The notes under the pieces: generated by a model
The model's database searches: none
Told to the model about the DNA's origin: nothing
Seen by the model: only the letters and a program-made list of their open reading frames with translations
Program-made: the position numbers and the translations under genes
Part shown: in pieces, positions 40,645 to 53,504 of the stretch
How positions within the stretch are numbered: position 1 is the first letter of the stretch
Layout: each line of letters begins with the position of its first letter
DNA from: Haliotis rufescens
Lineage: Eukaryota
Reading direction: 5' to 3'
Length of the DNA stretch: 64,000 bases
NCBI RefSeq assembly: GCF_023055435.1
Contig: NW_025964334.1
Span: 25,668,001-25,732,000, forward strand

Positions 40645-40995
40645 ACGACTGTCGTAAGTCAATGTTAGAAAATGCAAGTAGCCATGACTATCGTAAGTCT
40701 ATGTTAATGAATGGGAGTAGCTATGACCATCGTAAGTCTGTGTTTCAGATAGGAGTAGCTACGATCATCGTAAGTCTGTGTTTCAGATAGGAGTAGCTAT
40801 GACTATCTTAAGTCTATGTTAAAGATGGGCGTAACTACGACCATCGTAAGTTAATGTTACAGATAGGAGTAGCTACGATCATCGTAAGTCTGTATTACAG
40901 ATAGAAGTAGCTATGACCATCATTAGCCTATGCTACAGAATGGGACTAGCTCCTACTATCATCAGTCTGTGTTAAAGATTGGGAGATACGACAGT
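40645..40995 (+). repeat. 38-39-bp tandem repeat, probably inside a MITE (~40613-41030)
   Basis: CGTAAGTC at 40653, 40692, 40731 and 40769. Confidence 0.85.
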
Positions 40996-41154
40996 AGTAG
41001 CACTAAGATCACTTTGAAGAATGGGACCCTAGTCATCGAAAATTACCTTTGAGGAGGGTCACAATAATTTGGACAATTTTTTGCAAGACGTTGGAATTAT
41101 TAGATTTACATATTGCCTCTCATATTGTTTTATTGTCTCCTCGTAGCTACAGAT

Positions 41155-41325
41155 GAGTGAGTGAGTGATTTGGTTTAACGCCGCTTTTAACATTATTCCA
41201 GTTATATCACAGCGTGTCAGCTTAAAGTGGGAGGAAAGCCCGAAGTGATGCAGGTCTCAGAGTTGACCACTTCGGTGAAACCCATGAGCACGAGTATGGT
41301 GCTGACAAACCTAGAAACATAATTG
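41155..41325 (-). mobile_element. SINE family D, 3' part
   Basis: Reverse similarity to family D. Confidence 0.85.
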
Positions 41326-41596
41326 TGTATTTCCTGTTTTCTTCACTTAATGCACAAACCATATACATTGTTTTTTCCAAGCATCCTTCAAACTGCTAAA
41401 AGGGAATCAAACCTGTCAACAGTTAAAGTACACTGTATTTTAAAAAAAATACCTAAAATATAAAATACCTCCTGCTCACTGTTCTTTTTAAATTGGATGA
41501 AAATCTAGTAATCAATTTTCTATGGCCTAAGGATTTTATTTTCATTTGTCAGTATACTATTAGCTGTCAAGACTTAAATACTGAACAAAACAATTA

Positions 41597-41951
41597 CCGT
41601 ATTTGACGTAATAAGCGCCCACGGCGATATTTGCTAATATATTGGCTTGTGAACAATCCAAATTAGCACCCCTTCCAATTGATCAATGTACGCAAGACAT
41701 ATTTATTCATGTATAATACAAACTCGTGTGTTATATGCACCCTTAATTATGGGCAATTAAATTCTAGAAAATATATTTGTCGTGTATAATACACACAGAC
41801 TTTTCTTTTGTATCATTCCAGGCTGTCAGCATAAACCACAATATTCAAGATCTTTCAACTGGTTTTTTTCTCTCACCAAAATAATATTCTAATAAGAGCC
41901 CCCCATTACTAATTTTGAGAGCGCCCTGGGCGCTTATTATGTCAAATACGG
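41597..41951. mobile_element. Tc1/mariner-type MITE (CCGTATTTGAC TIR)
   Basis: ccgtatttgacgtaataagcgccca / tgggcgcttattatgtcaaatacgg, with TA flanks. Confidence 0.88.
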
Positions 41952-42484
41952 TATCTATCAAGAATTTTTGGGGAATATGTTTTTTAAAGTGAAAATGAGC
42001 ACACATTTTCACTAAAATATCCAAAAAAATATTTACAATCCCTAACGTTCTTTGTTCTGTATATACCCCATAGGGTAGCAGCACTAATGATTTACCTCAT
42101 AGCCATGGGAGGAAAATATTTTTACCAACTCATTCAGTTGTTTTTCTTCTATATGTCTAGTTAAAATTGACTTGTTCAATACTCCTGCATTATACACCAG
42201 GCATTTATTAGAGGAAGTATGGCATCTGCATGGAATACAGCATAATCTTGTGCAGTTGTGTATGTAATACTATGTGTAACACTGTATTATGCATAGCTCT
42301 ATTTATATATACTACATGGTCTGTACACATATCACATTCTATATGGGACTACAACTCAGGATTTGGCAACATTGTGTGATCGATCACTGAACACAACCAA
42401 CAACAACACACAACACTAAACACATTACATAGAAGAATATTTTGAGTAAATTTGTTCTGTTACAGAATTTTCTATAGAATTGTT

Positions 42485-42712
42485 AGTATTGCAGTTAACA
42501 GCAGAGAATATGAGAGTTACTCCCCCTTTCGGAATATCAAGTCCTGCTGGTTAACAGTACAGAATACGAGAGTTACTCCCCTTTATGCAGCAACAGATCA
42601 ATTTGTCCTACTGGTTAATGGAATAGATTGTAAGAGTTATTCCCCCTTTTCAATAATAGAATATCTGTTTCTAAGGGTTAACAGTACAGAATGTAAGAAG
42701 TATTCCCCTTTT
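42485..42712 (+). repeat. ~60-bp degenerate repeat, 4 units
   Basis: gttaacag...gagttactccccc recurs. Confidence 0.7.
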
Positions 42713-43624
42713 TAACTAAAATTACTTTAATTTCTTCAAAGAATTTGTTGTCAGGTGTTACAGGAACATCTTTATCATGGGTATTGTCAAGGTAACCGCA
42801 GTAGTCATTAATTCTTGTGGTATAAGCCTGTGTGTGTTAAGAAGACTACCCTAGTTGAATATGTAGCCAGCAGACCACCCTCACAGTTAAACCCTCTCCT
42901 TGTTAAATAGTTCCATGATCAATGAAAAACGGGAGTCCAGGTGCCCCCCATTTTGAAAACCAAATGTGGGCAGTAAAATTATCTGAGAGGATTTTGGCAT
43001 TTTGGACCCCTCCCTTTTACAAATGCTGGATCCGTCCTTGTACATTCCCCATTCCCCTTTTCAAAATCCAGGATCCACCTCAATATAATGTGGACATCTG
43101 AGTGCTTTGCATAAAACATTTCACAAATACAAAATACTATAATGGGTTAAGCTAGGATAGATACTTCTGCTAAGATGTAGGTATTCTTCTGCTTAAAATT
43201 GTCATTGTCACTATAATATTTGTGGCTTTCATTACTATCAAATTGAAGATGAGGTACCTAACACATGCTTCAGTTATCGTCAACACTATATGCAGAGTAA
43301 ATCTGTTTATAACATCCTTTGGTCAGAACCTTATCAAGGAAAGCAGTGTTGGTTTTGCAACCTACTAATGTTAGTTGTAGGGAAGTAGGACTGGAATGAA
43401 CAAAACAAAATTGGGAAAGTATTGTCAGGGAACGATTTCTTCTTTAGCACTGGTATACAAGAAACAATTCTTCACCTCCGACATGAGGCAGGCATGAAGG
43501 GATGCTAGTAATAGATCGGATTGTCACAAAACTCCAAAATGGACGGTACAACTTTATGACATCTCACTCATGACTTCCTGTGAAACAAAATGACACTACA
43601 GGTATACAACATGTTATGTTGGTA

Positions 43625-43782
43625 ATGAGTGAGTGAGTGAGTATGGTTTTACACCACTTTTAGCACTATTCCAGCAATATCACGGCGGGCGACACCAGAA
43701 ATGGGCTTCACACATTGTACCCATGTCGGGAATCAAACCCGGGTCTTGGAATGCTTTAACCACTAGGCTACCTGACTGCCCT
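43625..43782 (-). mobile_element. SINE family B
   Basis: Similarity to family B. Confidence 0.85.
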
Positions 43783-44228
43783 CTGTTAGTAATGAAACTA
43801 ATTGTCATGTACCATGTCAGCTACATTTTCTTCATAATAAAAAGTAGCCTCAGATTACTGCCCGTGGATGCATGTCAATGTACCGTTCAATAATAAGGCC
43901 ATTCTGAAGATCATAATGTCTAAACAAGCCTTCCTATCAATCTGGGTAGAGTCTGGTAAAAATATGAAGAGGATTAAAAGAAAAGCTGAAGAAAGTATAC
44001 CTAGTTGATTCATTAAACAATTTTTTTGTCAAAGTATCAATCAACAATTGGTAAGATTGAATACCAGGAAATGTGATTCAGTCCCGACGCTTGATGTCCT
44101 ATGCCTGCTGAGGCTATACAGTCCCCTCACCAAAGACATGTCAGATACAGAACAACAGTTCATACAACAAATAAAATCTGGTTAAAATAGAAAAGTGCAA
44201 AACTTGAATACAAACATGTCTATTTACA

Positions 44229-44234
44229 TTTATT
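44229..44234 (-). terminator. candidate proximal poly(A) signal AATAAA of the EPS8-like gene
   Basis: AATAAA on the minus strand followed by U/GU-rich sequence, ~3 kb after the stop. Confidence 0.35.
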
Positions 44235-46199
44235 TTTTCAAAAGGGAAAACCTGAATTGTTTTGGGGGCAAGAAGCTAAATGTTGGAACCAGTGTATAAA
44301 CAAAAAACAAATATATTTGACAAAATTCAAGTCTATATACAAACACCTTTGATTGTCTTTAGGTAAGGAGGGTTGTTGAAGTTTTTTAATAATTAGAAAA
44401 AATTCATGCTGGTAGTTTAGTGGCAACATGTGACGGCAGCCGAAGCTACCATTTTGATATTCGGCAACATTGGACGTGTTCACTGCCAGTGATATTTGGT
44501 ATACTAAGTATTTTGTTTTAACCATCACCATGGTTACAGATATAAATCTCCGTTTTACATTTCAAGCAGTTTGAGGTCCTCCAATAGTGGTATTACAAGC
44601 TGACTAGGATATTTGTTGATGCAAGCAGTAACGGTTATCTAGAAACTACTTCCCTGTAGACTATTTCTAAACGTCACAGAGACTATAGTGCAGGTGTGAA
44701 GAATAAACGGCTAATTTCATTAAATCTTAAAATCTCTCTACCATTTTCACACATGTGAATTAAAATAAATTATTGAGTAGTTTTTTCTGCTTCATTAGTC
44801 CTTTAAAAATCCCTTAAAGTAGGCCAATATAGGAGACAAAATAATCATTTGACTTGGGATTTGAAAACTTTTGACACTTATTACTTTGTAAAACAAATAA
44901 GAAAACATATTTTAATAAATATTTTAATAAATTGTTTTGATGATGCACTAACAGACTGGGGACAACTCGACCTGCCAGGCTATAAAATATGAGTGTCATT
45001 GTTTTGTTTTCAGAGTACGCAAGGGTGTTTCTATGGTTACCAAGGAACCACAATGTCCTTTAAGCAACAATACCTCACAATTCTTTGGCCTTAAATGGTG
45101 CTAGCTAGTCTACACTAGTTTGATTAAAACTATGCTAATTCTCCAATGCATGTTATTTGCATAAATATGACTAAGGCTTATTAAAAATAAAAGAATTGGT
45201 TCTCAGGCAATGACTTTTGAAAATATAGTGCGGGCGGGTGAAGGTGGTTTTTTTTCCTTGTTCAAACTAGTATGTAACCAAATAAACAGTTGTGTACCAT
45301 CAACCTGGGAAAGGGCCTCCCTACACAAACAAGCATACAAACTCATTGCTGCCATGACCATCACACGTGATGCGCAGTAATGCAGTGTGCATGTAAAGGG
45401 AAGTAATTGCATGCTATATGGGATTGCATTGTTTTTAAGTATTAGGATTTAATTTTTTTGGGAAAATGGAAATAACAACAAAACGTAGGGTAGACTTTAT
45501 GATGATATTTGCGGTGCCTGAGAACTAAGACTATTTTTTTTTAGCCTTATTGAGTACATAAATGAGTGTACCACTCCTGCAGTATATAGACTACATTAGC
45601 ATTACTTTTTGGCAAGTTTATCGCTGAGCAAAACTGAAAACCATACACAATTATATGAGCAAAGTATTTGAGACAATAATGTCAACATGCCTAATTAAAA
45701 TCAAAGTTTAAGCAATAAGTCGTCAACACATCCTGAATAATTATTCACTTTACTTTCTTTTGACAAGACATTTTTAAAGCACATTATACCAAGTCTAAAT
45801 ATCTTCATCAACAGAACAGGTTCATGTATATTTAGATAAAAATGATTCTGAAAGTATCTGAAGCGACTTATGCATAAATAGATTCAGGGAGGAGTAGAGA
45901 TGTGTCATCCTTATTTGAAGCATACTAATCATGTTTACCTATAACATACAACTTACAGCTAAATCATCTGGTTGCATTGTGGAAGCAAAGCTAAAATTTA
46001 CTGGACAATATTTGGCGAATAAACACAAATTGTTTCCCGAATTATGTGCTAGGATTTTGGTATTTTAAGTGCACCCCTTTTCCCCTAAAGCTGTACACCC
46101 CTCCTTTCAAAATCCATGCTTGCTATATATGCAAATCTTGGGTATTCATGCTATACAAGTACATGTATATTGTTATCTAACACGGTACATTGTATTCAT

Positions 46200-46800
46200 A
46201 CAATGGTTAGATCAAGACTTTTCTCAGAATGGTTCTGAAGCATCCTCTGAACACATAGGTACTCCAGTGATACAAGCATATTATTTATATAACAAGGTAT
46301 TTTCTATTTGTACGATGGTTTTCTCAGAATGGTTCTGAAGGATCCATTGTATTAATGTGATACAAGCATATTATTTATATAACAAGGTATTTGGTATTCA
46401 TATGATGGTTTTCTGAGAATGGTTCTAAAGCATCCATTGTACACATAGGTTTTCCTGTGAAAAAGCTTATTATTTATATAACAAGGTATTTGGTATCCAT
46501 ATGATGGTTTTCTCAGAAAGGTTCTGAAGCATCCATTGTACACATAGGGTTTCCTGTGAAAAAGCTTATTATTTATATAACAAGGTATTTGGTATCCATA
46601 TGATGGTTTTCTCAGAATGGTTCTGAAGCATCCATTGTACACATAGGGTTTCCTGTGAAAAAGTTTATTATTTATATAACAAGGTATATGGTATTCAAAT
46701 GATGGTTTTCTCAGAATGGTTCTTAAGCATCCTTTGAACACATAAGAATTAATGTGATACAAGGTTATTATTTATATAACAGGGTATTTTGTATTCATAT
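46200..46800 (+). repeat. ~99-bp tandem repeat, ~6 units
   Basis: AACAAGGTAT at 46381, 46480, 46579 and 46678. Confidence 0.92.
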
Positions 46801-47242
46801 ACTGATACACCTTTAAAACAAATCAGACATATTACGACCCCACTTTATACAACCATGTTGGTCTTGTCATAAATTGCGCATATGTGCATACAGTCATTAT
46901 GTCATCATGGACAAGCGTTGTATAGCTGGGTATAAATTATCAACATAATTAGCATCATTGCCATGATTGGCAACGTTGTTAATTTCATATTTGTACCAAG
47001 GGCAATATTTCAATATGTTTGATACACAAACCCAAAAGGTAAAACAAAGATTCATACCATTTGATATAAAGTAAATACATACATGGACATATTCTAAGCA
47101 GGAGACTAAATACTTGGGGCATCCCTCGGCACAGGTTTTAGCTTGTGTGCTCTGCAACAAACCCAGTCATTAACATTTATCATTTATGCACCATTGGAGA
47201 AGAGTTATCTCCCTTCTTCATCCATGCCAGAGTAGCCTCCCC

Positions 47243-47361
47243 TCAGTGGTGATGTCCCGGGTTGTCGAACACATTGTTTTCCATGATTTTCTTGCGTTGT
47301 CTGATGAGCAGATCTCGGAGAGTTTTGCCAGTTTCTGCTAAGTGCGGATCATTGGATGAAT
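47243..47361 (-). CDS. EPS8: EPS8-family terminal coding exon (DSSNDPHLAETGKTLRDLLIRQRKKIMENNVFDNPGHHH*)
   Basis: gtcttgtttcag acceptor. Phase 1 continuation ending in TGA at 47245-47243. Confidence 0.8.
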
Positions 47362-47603
47362 CTGAAACAAGACAACCACAATAAATACTGGATATTGTCC
47401 ACATGCAAAACAAATGTTAAATATCTTTTATTTTCATGTAATCTCACAATTAATATTTGCTGGAGAAGATAAGGGTACTTATCATATAAAAAGTGAAATG
47501 GCAATAAACTTAAATCATAATAACATGTATTAATAACATAAATCATGGATGTCATGGATATATAGAACAGCTTTGACTCTCTGATAGGCATTTAGAAGTT
47601 GGT

Positions 47604-47961
47604 GAGGTGAGGTGAAGTGAAATTGGGTTTAACGTCGTGTCCAAGATTATTGCACTTATATAGCGACGTGCATGCATGTGTGTGTGTGTGTGTGGCTGCT
47701 TGTACTAGTCTGGACTGATGCCGATTTATAGTGCTAGCACACTGAGACACCATGCCGCAGTTTAATATGAATACCTCATTCAGACACAGTATACTGACTC
47801 TGAACCGACCAGTCCTTGTTTTAGCCCTTAAAGCTGAACGACAGACAGGGTAACAACAAGTATGGTCTTTCAAAGTCTTTTGCTATGATGCGGCCGGGGA
47901 TCGAACCCCGGACCTTCCGCTCTCCGGGCGGACGCTCCACCTCTAGATCAAGGAGGTGGTC
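47604..47961 (-). mobile_element. SINE family C, full length
   Basis: TSD tttagaagttggt (47591-47603 and 47962-47974). Confidence 0.92.
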
Positions 47962-47997
47962 TTTAGAAGTTGGTAGAAAAAGAAGAAATGAAACATT

Positions 47998-48125
47998 AAG
48001 GATTTATTATTTTAACTTCATTATTTGAAACAACCTTTCAGAGCTATTTCTTGCCCTGTCATCAGGAATCGTCCACCTGAAATATCGTTACAAATAAGAA
48101 CAGCTTCCTTATCCTCAGCTGTTTC
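47998..48125 (-). mobile_element. Penelope-like terminal remnant with degenerate hammerhead core
   Basis: Minus strand CTGATGA-cAGGGC-loop-GCTCT-GAAAggttg, followed by AATAAA. Confidence 0.5.
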
Positions 48126-48989
48126 ATGTAATGATGCAAATAAGTGAATTATCTGATCTGAGTGTTGAGGCCATGTTTATATGACAGTCTTAACACTGTG
48201 CAGATCCCACGTCACGTGTCAGAACACACGGCACAATAAACAATGTTCAGCTCTTGAAATCCTCAATAATGCTTTATCTGTACTGTGTATAAAATGTCAA
48301 ACATTTTTACCTGTTTTCCTAACAACTGATCCTAATTTTTTAAGTCAATGTAGTCAGAAATACAACATTAATTTCAATAAAGACAACAAAGTTCCTGTTT
48401 CTAATGGCTGGAAGGAAATATTTGATCAATTTCATTAAAATCAGATCCTTACTCTAGGTATGATAGCTCTGTGTGTCAAGACCCCACAACACTTAGAGAA
48501 GGTTGCGTCACATGAATTCTGAGGGACTGCCCAATCTAAAGGAAGGATGTGTAGGTTCTGGAGCCAATGAGATGTCCACTTTCTAAAAAGATTCTTTAAC
48601 ACCTCGGTTTATAAATATGGAAATTAGCAAACAGCTTTATGTTTCAGCATTTGGAACTCCCTGATTATATTCATTTTCAAGACACAGGAGAATTAGCTGA
48701 CTGAGAGGTCACCTGACCTGACCTCCTGTGGAGGTGTGAAATCTTCACGTAGAGAGCTATTGTGTTGGAGTAAAACATCTGATTGTAATGGATTTGTTTT
48801 TTAGCTTTTAGCTGCTGACTATACACTAGCTATGGCAGTGTGGGTGTTACACTACTGAACTACAGTGAGGCAGTGAAGTACCATCTCCAAATGCTGTGAC
48901 ACATCTCAGGCTAGCGTGATCTACAGTCAGTGCCTGATTATTATGAAATGACTTGCCAGACATCTACACATGCATCCGTGAACAGGCAT

Positions 48990-50375
48990 CCCTTGACAGA
49001 AATCTCCATCAGACATTCATGGACAGGCACTTGTCACATCACTTACCACACATCCACAGTTGGCCATCTCTAGACAAACACGTCTCTAGTCACACATCCC
49101 TTACCAGACATCCGCAGTTGGCCATCTCTAGACATACACGTCTCTAGTCACACATTCCTTACCAGACATCCACAGTTGGCCATCTCTAGACATACATGTC
49201 TCTTGACACACATTCCTTGACAGACGTCGATGGACAGCCACATCAAGACAGACACATCAAGGCATTCATGTCTGGGCAGATGCTCTAGTCACACATCCAT
49301 AGTTGGCCATCTCTAGACATACACGTCTCTAGTCACACATTCCTCGACAGACGTCAATGGACAGCCACATCAAGATAGACACAATAAGGCATTCATGTTT
49401 GGGCAGACGCTCTAGTCACACATCCATAGTTGGCCATCTCTAGACATACATGTCACTTGTCACACATTCCTTGGCAGACATCGATGGACAGCCACATCAA
49501 GAAATTCATGTCTGGGCAGACACTCTAGTCACACATCCATAGTCTGCCATCTCTAGACATACATGTCTCTAGTCACACATTCCTCGACAGACATCAATGG
49601 ACAGCCACATCAAGACATTCATGTTTGGGCTGACACTCTAGTCACACATCCATAGTCTGCCATCTCTAGACATACATGTCTCTAGTCACACATTCCTCGA
49701 CAGACGTCGATGGACAGCCACATCAAGATAGACACAATAAGGCATTCATGTCTGGGCAGATGCTCTAGTCACACATCCATATATCATAGGCGGATCCATA
49801 GGAGATCCAGGGGGTCCGGATCCACCCCTTTTGAAAACCAAATGTAGTATGTATGCAGTAAAATTGACTGAGAGGATTTTTATATTTTGGACCCCCACCC
49901 CCACCCTGCCCCCTCCCTCCCTTTTAAAACTACTTGATCCCCCTTGCATCCACAGACAGACATCAACAGATAGACATGTCTGGACATACATGTCTGGACA
50001 GACACTCTAGTCACATATCCATAGATAGACATTTCTAGACAAGCAAATCTCCAAACAAACACTCTCATCACACATCTCAACAGACATCAATAACACAGAC
50101 ATCCCATGACAGAAATCTATCGACAGACACGTCTAGACAGAAATCTATCGACAGACACGTCTAGAAAGAAATCTATCGACAGACACGTCTGGACAGAAAT
50201 CTATCGACGGACATGTCTAGACAGAAATCTATTGACAGACACGTCTAGACAGAAATCTACTGACAGACATGTCTAGACAGAAATCTATTGACAGACACGT
50301 CTAGACAGAAATCTATTGACAGACAAGTCTAGACAGAAATCTATTGACAGACACGTCTAGACAGAAATGCTAGAG
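48990..50375 (+). repeat. composite CTAGAC-rich arrays (~110-bp units, then 28-bp GACAGAAATCTATCGACAGACACGTCTA)
   Basis: Directly visible; intronic. Confidence 0.88.
49785..49946. mobile_element. hAT-like MITE (GGCGGATCC ends); related copy near 42930-43040
   Basis: Shared ttttgaaaaccaaatgt...gagaggatttt...ttttggacccc body. Confidence 0.6.
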
Positions 50376-50399
50376 AGATATCTGCAGTCAGAAACCTCA

Positions 50400-50630
50400 A
50401 GAACCCTTTAGGATCCTGGGTAAGAATTTGTCCCCAGCAACCTATGATTGTCGTAAGAGTCGACTAATCGGGTGGTCAGGTTTGGTGACTTGGTTGACTG
50501 AGTGTCATAGTACACTAACTGTGTGGATTGATACTCATGATGTCAATCACTGGATTGTCAGGTCGTGACTAGAGTCACATGACTTTACAGATCGCCTTCA
50601 TATAGCTGGAATATTGCTGAGTGTGCACGA
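50400..50630 (+). mobile_element. SINE family A, diverged
   Basis: tgtcgtaagag.cgactaa module and family tail. Confidence 0.75.
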
Positions 50631-51070
50631 CACAAAAACCGGACACCTCTTGATAGACCCTCCTGATAAACATCAAAAGACAGACACTCTAGACAGATAG
50701 ATTTTAGAAGTAGTGTTATAAGACAACATTCTTGTGGTAAATGTGTTAATGTGTGTTTAAATTATTGAAATGAAAAACAGATTTGTGAACTTCAAAACAA
50801 ACATAGATTCTAATATCTTTTTATTGTGAAAAACTTGGCAAACCCAGCAAAATATGTGTCATTTCTTATACAGGTATAAAAACGTGAGTGAAAATTTTCA
50901 ATTATTTTATTATCCAATAAACATTCCAGATGAACGTGTTGCAAAGTGTACAAATAAATAACTTGATATAGTACAACACTGTCTTACAAATATAATCTTT
51001 TTCCGGTAGCCTGTTGTAAGAGTAAAAATAAAACAGATGAAGAGGAATTCAATTCTACCCAATAACTCAC

Positions 51071-51085
51071 CATTGTCTGAGTCTT
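51071..51085 (-). CDS. EPS8: 15-nt microexon (adds EDSDN)
   Basis: tttccttgccttacag|AAGACTCAGACAATG|gtgagt: strong splice sites, phase 1/1, frame-preserving. Confidence 0.75.
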
Positions 51086-51417
51086 CTGTAAGGCAAGGAA
51101 ATACATGCAGCTAACACTAGCATCATGCAGTATACCGGCGCCACTCACTCACTCTTGCCAAATACCGGCACCACTCACGCACACACGATCACTCATGCAG
51201 CCTCTTGCTGTTGTATCTAACTCAATCAGCACAAACACATTGCACTGACAGACAAGGCTATTGAGAGACAAGTTGCTCTGTTTTTAAATTCTATTCCAGC
51301 ATCCATGATATGTGACAAACAAATACATATCCACGTATTAACGCCTTTGTTCTTTGAAAATTGAGGTGTACTTGTTTAAACCATACACAACGATACAAAT
51401 TTTTGTCAGCTATTGAG

Positions 51418-51598
51418 TGAGTGAGTGAGTGAGTGAGTGAGTGAGTAAGGTTTTACGCCGCTTTTAGCAATATTCCAGCAATATCACGGCGGGGGACACC
51501 AGAAATGGGCTTCACACATTGTACCGATGTCGGGAATTGAACCAGGGTCTTCAGCGTGACGAGCGAACGCTTTAACCACTAGGCTACCCGACCGCCCT
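51418..51598 (-). mobile_element. SINE family B
   Basis: TSD tcagctattgag (51406-51417 and 51601-51612). Confidence 0.92.
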
Positions 51599-52604
51599 GT
51601 TCAGCTATTGAGCCAGCCACCTCTTCTGTTCTCCATTTCTTCACTCCTGTCTCCAATATCTTACACAAACTGCTTTTTAAAGGCCCTCCCCAAAATGTAG
51701 TTTCATCCTAAACCCCTCCCCAACCCTGTCATGTTTAATTACCCTCATCCCCTCCCCACCCACAAACCACCTACCACCCCCCCCCAACCCTCCATCCCCA
51801 GCCTATCTGCCTCAAACCTGACAGAGGGCATTGTGGTAGCCTAGTGGTTCAAGCATTACTTGTTATGCCTAAAGATCTGGATTCATGAAGCTCATATCCG
51901 CCCCCTACGACAATCATGACATGGGTTGACAATTGCAAAAAGTGGCATAAAGCCCAACTCACTCACTAACCCAACTGGGCTCTAGCAGCTATGCTAGTTA
52001 TTTCACTAGGGGGCAGTTACGTCTCAACAAGAACCTTGTCTATACCGCACCCGATACCAAGTGTAGCAGCAGGGTTTGCATGAGAACATGATTGTGTGTA
52101 GAATTACCATCGGCGCCATCGACAAACACTGAGAGAAGAGAGGTGAATGTGTAATGTTACCTGTCTTACATGTTGAAATACATACAGACATGGATGTGCA
52201 GATAGAGGAGACATGATAGATATCACAAGACATGAGGCCCAACACTTTTTTGCTTGGTTTAGGGATATGCTGACATCGAAACTTTTGACAAAAAAATCAA
52301 ATCAGAATGACAAGGTTTTTTTTCATACTGCCAAACTTAAAAAGAGCTTTGATAATCAAAATAAACAAAAAAAAATCCAACGATACATCATAAATGCTTT
52401 TTATCATTTCACCGATCCAATTAAAAATTTAAGGGGATTTTTAGAATACTGTATAATGCATTTATATATTTAGATATTTTTTCAAACCTACTGATCAATT
52501 TTTTAACTCTCATAATCTGTAAACCAAAAAGAAAAAAAGGTCTGGCCATTATTAAATATATACGATGAATAGATGTGAGATAACTGTAACATGCATTGAT
52601 TGAT

Positions 52605-52763
52605 TGAGTGAGTGAGTATGGTTTTACGCCGCTTTCAGCAATATTCCAGCAATATCACGGACACCAGAAATGGGCTTCACACATTGTACCCTTGTCTGGA
52701 ATCGAACCCGGGTCTTCAGCGTGACGAGCAAACGCTTCAACCACTAGGTTACCCGACCACCCC
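52605..52763 (-). mobile_element. SINE family B
   Basis: Family similarity, with gcattgattga flanks. Confidence 0.88.
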
Positions 52764-53150
52764 AGCATTGATTGAATAGTGACACCTGATCACAGAAAGT
52801 GTTCATGAAATGACAAACAGAAGTAGTTGTATTTTCATTGGTACAACTGAATCCATGTTGGCGTCAAATAAGATAATTATCCCATGCACAATGGTCTCAG
52901 AATACCAGTTCTTCATAGGTGTTTTCATTACAGTACTTGAGAAAATTAATTTTCAATTTTGGGAATGTTAAACTTCAAGTTTACAAATCCTTTTGGTATT
53001 TGTAGATATTAATAAATAAAATCTCTTTGCATATATACACAAGACTAAACTACACAACTGATAAACAGTTCAGTATAGTGTACCAAGTCAGCCAATGGCT
53101 GCCAAAGACCAAACACAGAAATACACATTATCACATGACTCTGTCCTTAC

Positions 53151-53295
53151 CGTCTGAGTCCTCATCATCCGAGTATGTGGTTGGTTGGAAATCTGGAGGA
53201 TTCCCCAGGGTAGCTTCATCATTGGCACTGGTGGCTGCTCGCTCCTTCCGCCGCTGTAGGATATCCCGCAGTTCCTTGCCACCCCGTGTCTCGAA
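53151..53295 (-). CDS. EPS8: EPS8-family exon, post-SAM helix plus acidic tail (FETRGGKELRDILQRRKER...YSDDEDSD)
   Basis: tgtgtag acceptor and gtaagg donor. 145 nt, phase 0/1. ELRDILQRRKE resembles EPS8 ELQEIMRRRQE. Confidence 0.88.
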
Positions 53296-53504
53296 CTACA
53301 CAACATGTTCCAGTGTTACGTACATTCACACTCATGGACAAATATCTTAACTACAAACATGTTCATTAGGAAAAGCAGTGTATCTTTACCTGCAATATCA
53401 GTCTAACCTATATCAAACAGTAAGCTTAGTTACGTGATCCCGGTACTATTTTTTTTTTGATCAACGTCTTTAGTTTGGGTCTGTCCAAAAGTAGGACTAG
53501 GACA

